Source: Escherichia phage 04086. From it: DNA of 64,000 bases. Below the pieces are notes generated by a model. That model saw only the letters and a list, made by a program, of their open reading frames with translations, searched no databases and had not been told where the DNA came from. Both the position numbers and the translations under genes were made by a program. This document shows positions 61,903 to 64,000 of this stretch, one piece after another; the stretch's first letter is position 1; the number at the start of each line of letters is the position of its first letter. The stretch is taken from sequence record OR842557. The stretch is one strand, 5' to 3'.

Positions 61903-61931
61903 GTTTACTTCCTCTCCTCACGTGTTATAGT
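61903..61931 (+). promoter_or_regulatory. early promoter cassette (GTTTAC-17-TATAGT) with inverted repeat that includes the downstream RBS
   Basis: arms cctcacgtgtt ... aacacatgagg; the 3' arm contains the GAGGAG RBS of ORF 61961. Confidence 0.5.
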
Positions 61932-61960
61932 CTATCCTATCAACACATGAGGAGACCATT

Positions 61961-62143
61961 ATGACTATCCAAGATAAAGAAATTAAAGCCGACCAGTATT
62001 ATTTGGTAAATGGGCGTGCGGTTCGTGTAATTGCTGCTAGCGATTCAGACGTATGGTACCGTGTACTAGACCATAGAAATATTCCATTGATGGTATGTGA
62101 CCGTAGTTTGTTTTGTTCGATAGCTAAGGAAATCAAATTATGA
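61961..62143 (+). CDS. hypothetical protein
   Basis: 60-aa ORF. Confidence 0.4.
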   Translation: MTIQDKEIKADQYYLVNGRAVRVIAASDSDVWYRVLDHRNIPLMVCDRSLFCSIAKEIKL

Positions 62144-62394
62144 GCCTGAAATTACATTCAATGAAAAATGTCGTCACCCTTAATCTTGATGATGAGCGCC
62201 TGATTTTTCTCACCGTCACTGATAAGAATATTGAAATTGCAAATGGTCCTAAGACTTATTGTTGCCCAGTGAAGAATTGGAAACATGTAACCTTTTTGAC
62301 CCTGTGCGACCGTCTGAAAGATATTAAGTTGGATTTGGATATCAAAGATATCCAGTACATTAAAAATCTTATTGGATACAAACTGCTGAGGTAA
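62140..62394 (+). CDS. hypothetical protein
   Basis: 84-aa ORF overlapping the upstream stop. Confidence 0.45.
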   Translation: MSLKLHSMKNVVTLNLDDERLIFLTVTDKNIEIANGPKTYCCPVKNWKHVTFLTLCDRLKDIKLDLDIKDIQYIKNLIGYKLLR

Positions 62395-62396
62395 CT

Positions 62397-62690
62397 ATGG
62401 GTAAAACTATTCGTCGTAAAGAATTGTCTGTAAAAGATTTTTATTATTCCGGACGTCGTAAAGCACCTGACGGCGTAAGTCAGGAACTGGTTGAAGAAAA
62501 TATCTTCCGTTCTGACAAGTGGAAACGTATGAGAGGCGTTGATTCTGAAGTTAAGAATGAAATGAACCGCCAGCTTCGTAAAGAAGTGAGAAAGCTGAAA
62601 AAAGATGTTTACAACGACGATGAACCTGATTACAATACTTCTCATCAAGTTGCAAAACGTAAATCAAACGAGTGTTATCGTTACAGCTGA
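62397..62690 (+). CDS. hypothetical basic protein
   Basis: 97 aa; Lys/Arg-rich. Confidence 0.45.
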   Translation: MGKTIRRKELSVKDFYYSGRRKAPDGVSQELVEENIFRSDKWKRMRGVDSEVKNEMNRQLRKEVRKLKKDVYNDDEPDYNTSHQVAKRKSNECYRYS

Positions 62691-62703
62691 GGAAAATATG
62701 AAT

Positions 62704-63068
62704 NAGGCGTTGATTCTGAAGTTAAGAATGAAATGAACCGCCAGCTTCGTAAAGAAGTGAGAAAGCTGAAAAAAGATGTTTACAGCGACGATGAACCTGA
62801 TTACAATACTTCTCATCAAGTTGCAAAACGTAAATCAAACGAGTGTTATCGTTACAGCTGAGGAAAATTTAAATGAATCCTGAATCTAAATTATCACAGC
62901 GAATTGCTGAAGCTCGTCGTCAGTTCTTTGAAAATATGATAGCCCAAGGTATTGATGACGAAGTTTTTCTGAACTGGTTTTGGAATCACAAATATTCAAG
63001 TTGCTCAGGTGCTTTGTTAATTTCCGCAGCAATGATGTACGAAGNCTATCGTTACAGCTGAGGAAAAT
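62704..63068. repeat. N-flanked duplicated blocks (assembly artifact)
   Basis: N at 62704 and 63045; 62705-62870 is a variant copy of 62540-62697 and 62871-63044 a copy of 63201-63374. Confidence 0.75.
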
Positions 63069-63200
63069 ATGAATATCAAACGAATGCTTTTTAAGCAAGG
63101 GTTGTATACTTTAAATATCAGTCCAAAGGGCGATACAACCACGTGGTCAGTAAATGACTGGATTAAATTCATTGATAAACACGGAAACTGGAAAATTTAA
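63069..63200 (+). CDS. hypothetical small protein
   Basis: 43-aa ORF (MNIKRMLFKQ...) behind GAGG RBS. Confidence 0.3.
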   Translation: MNIKRMLFKQGLYTLNISPKGDTTTWSVNDWIKFIDKHGNWKI

Positions 63201-63401
63201 ATGAATCCTGAATCTAAATTATCACAGCGAATTGCTGAAGCTCGTCGTCAGTTCTTTGAAAATATGATAGCCCAAGGTATTGATGACGAAGTTTTTCTGA
63301 ACTGGTTTTGGAATCACAAATATTCAAGTTGCTCAGGTGCTTTGTTAATTTCCGCAGCAATGATGTACGAAGGCTGGAAAGGTGCAATGAGTCAAAAATA
63401 G
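63201..63401 (+). CDS. hypothetical protein
   Basis: 66-aa ORF; a truncated duplicate at 62873-63061 is an artifact. Confidence 0.45.
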   Translation: MNPESKLSQRIAEARRQFFENMIAQGIDDEVFLNWFWNHKYSSCSGALLISAAMMYEGWKGAMSQK

Positions 63402-63430
63402 TTTACAAACTCTTGGGACCAGAGTATAAT
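63401..63430 (+). promoter_or_regulatory. early promoter cassette (GTTTAC-18-TATAAT) with flanking inverted repeat
   Basis: GTTTAC 63401-63406, TATAAT 63425-63430; inverted repeat ggacc/ggtcc; leader ctgaggaaattattATG shared with 54468. Confidence 0.6.
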
Positions 63431-63469
63431 GGTCCTACGGATTATAACTTTAAAACTGAGGAAATTATT

Positions 63470-63784
63470 ATGTCACAAGCTATTAAAAACGTACTGAACT
63501 CTTTCGCTTTCGATAAAGTAAACGAACTGATGAAAACAGGTTTTGTAACTCCTCAGGTTCTTGACCAATGGGTTGCTGAACTGTTACCAATCATGCACTC
63601 TAAAGACCAGAAAATTGGTAAGAACGGTATTCGTGAAATCCTGGTTCAATATATCCTTGATGAATTCGATGTCGCTGCCTTTGGTGTTGAATCCAAAGCT
63701 TGGTGCCCTGGCGAAATCACGGATAAAACTATCCGTCGTATGAAAAACCAACGTAAGAAAAAATTCGTNATGAGTCAAAAATAG
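63470..63784 (+). CDS. hypothetical protein (3' end uncertain because of the artifact at 63769)
   Basis: ORF from ATG 63470 (MSQAIKNVLN...); the ORF-track start at 63308 is an extension through the promoter. Confidence 0.45.
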   Translation: MSQAIKNVLNSFAFDKVNELMKTGFVTPQVLDQWVAELLPIMHSKDQKIGKNGIREILVQYILDEFDVAAFGVESKAWCPGEITDKTIRRMKNQRKKKFXMSQK

Positions 63785-64000
63785 TTTACAAACTCTTGGG
63801 ACCAGAGTATAATGGTCCTACGGATTATAACTTTAAAACTGAGGAAATTATTATGTCACAAGCTATTAAAAACGTACTGAACTCTTTCGCTTTCGATAAA
63901 GTAAACGAACTGATGAAAACCGGTTTTGTGACTCCTGAAATTCTTGACCAATGGGTTGCTGAACTGCTGCCAATCATGCACTCTAAAGACCAGAAAATTG
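63769..64000. repeat. N-flanked duplicated block (assembly artifact; variant haplotype)
   Basis: N at 63769; 63770-64000 is a near-identical copy of 63386-63616 with several substitutions. Confidence 0.7.

Noticed and set aside
28982-63430. Recurring about 50-bp repeat units that might suggest a CRISPR-like array
   Set aside because: The repeats are irregularly spaced, each precedes a gene and contains -35/-10 promoter hexamers; there are no uniform spacers and no cas genes. They are promoter cassettes.

Overview
This window is a T4-like (Tevenvirinae-type) myovirus genome segment, related to T4 but clearly not T4 itself. Positions 1-24789 carry a syntenic late structural block on the minus strand: portal gp20 (partial), tail tube gp19, tail sheath gp18, terminase gp17/gp16, neck gp15/14/13, fibritin wac, short tail fibre gp12, baseplate gp11-gp6, gp5.4, gp5.1, gp5 and gp53. 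Six minus-strand TATAAATA late promoters were found. Positions 24836-64000 carry plus-strand genes: gp4, gp2, gp3, gp1, gp57A, gp57B (Acb1-like), two tRNAs, lysozyme e, denV, tk, nrdC, four internal-protein genes with the MKTYQEFIAE capsid-targeting leader, three HNH and one GIY-YIG homing endonuclease, a Nudix hydrolase, and many small accessory ORFs of unknown function. The most interesting unexplained feature is a tandem array of five small paralogous ORFs (34982-36227) that all end in a W-x-S-S-x-x-C motif. Other points of interest are about 17 early-promoter/stem-loop cassettes that recur before accessory genes, a pol-beta-type nucleotidyltransferase-like protein, P-loop NTPases, a macro-domain-like protein beside a secreted SLT-domain protein, and two candidate structured RNA regions. 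The assembly contains seven N-flanked duplicated blocks (eight N junctions) whose copies differ by a few to about 10 percent; these look like unmerged haplotypes, not biology, and they split gp18, gp5 and gp57B in the raw ORF track. All functional calls rest on motif recognition and remembered similarity to T4 proteins; no database search was run.
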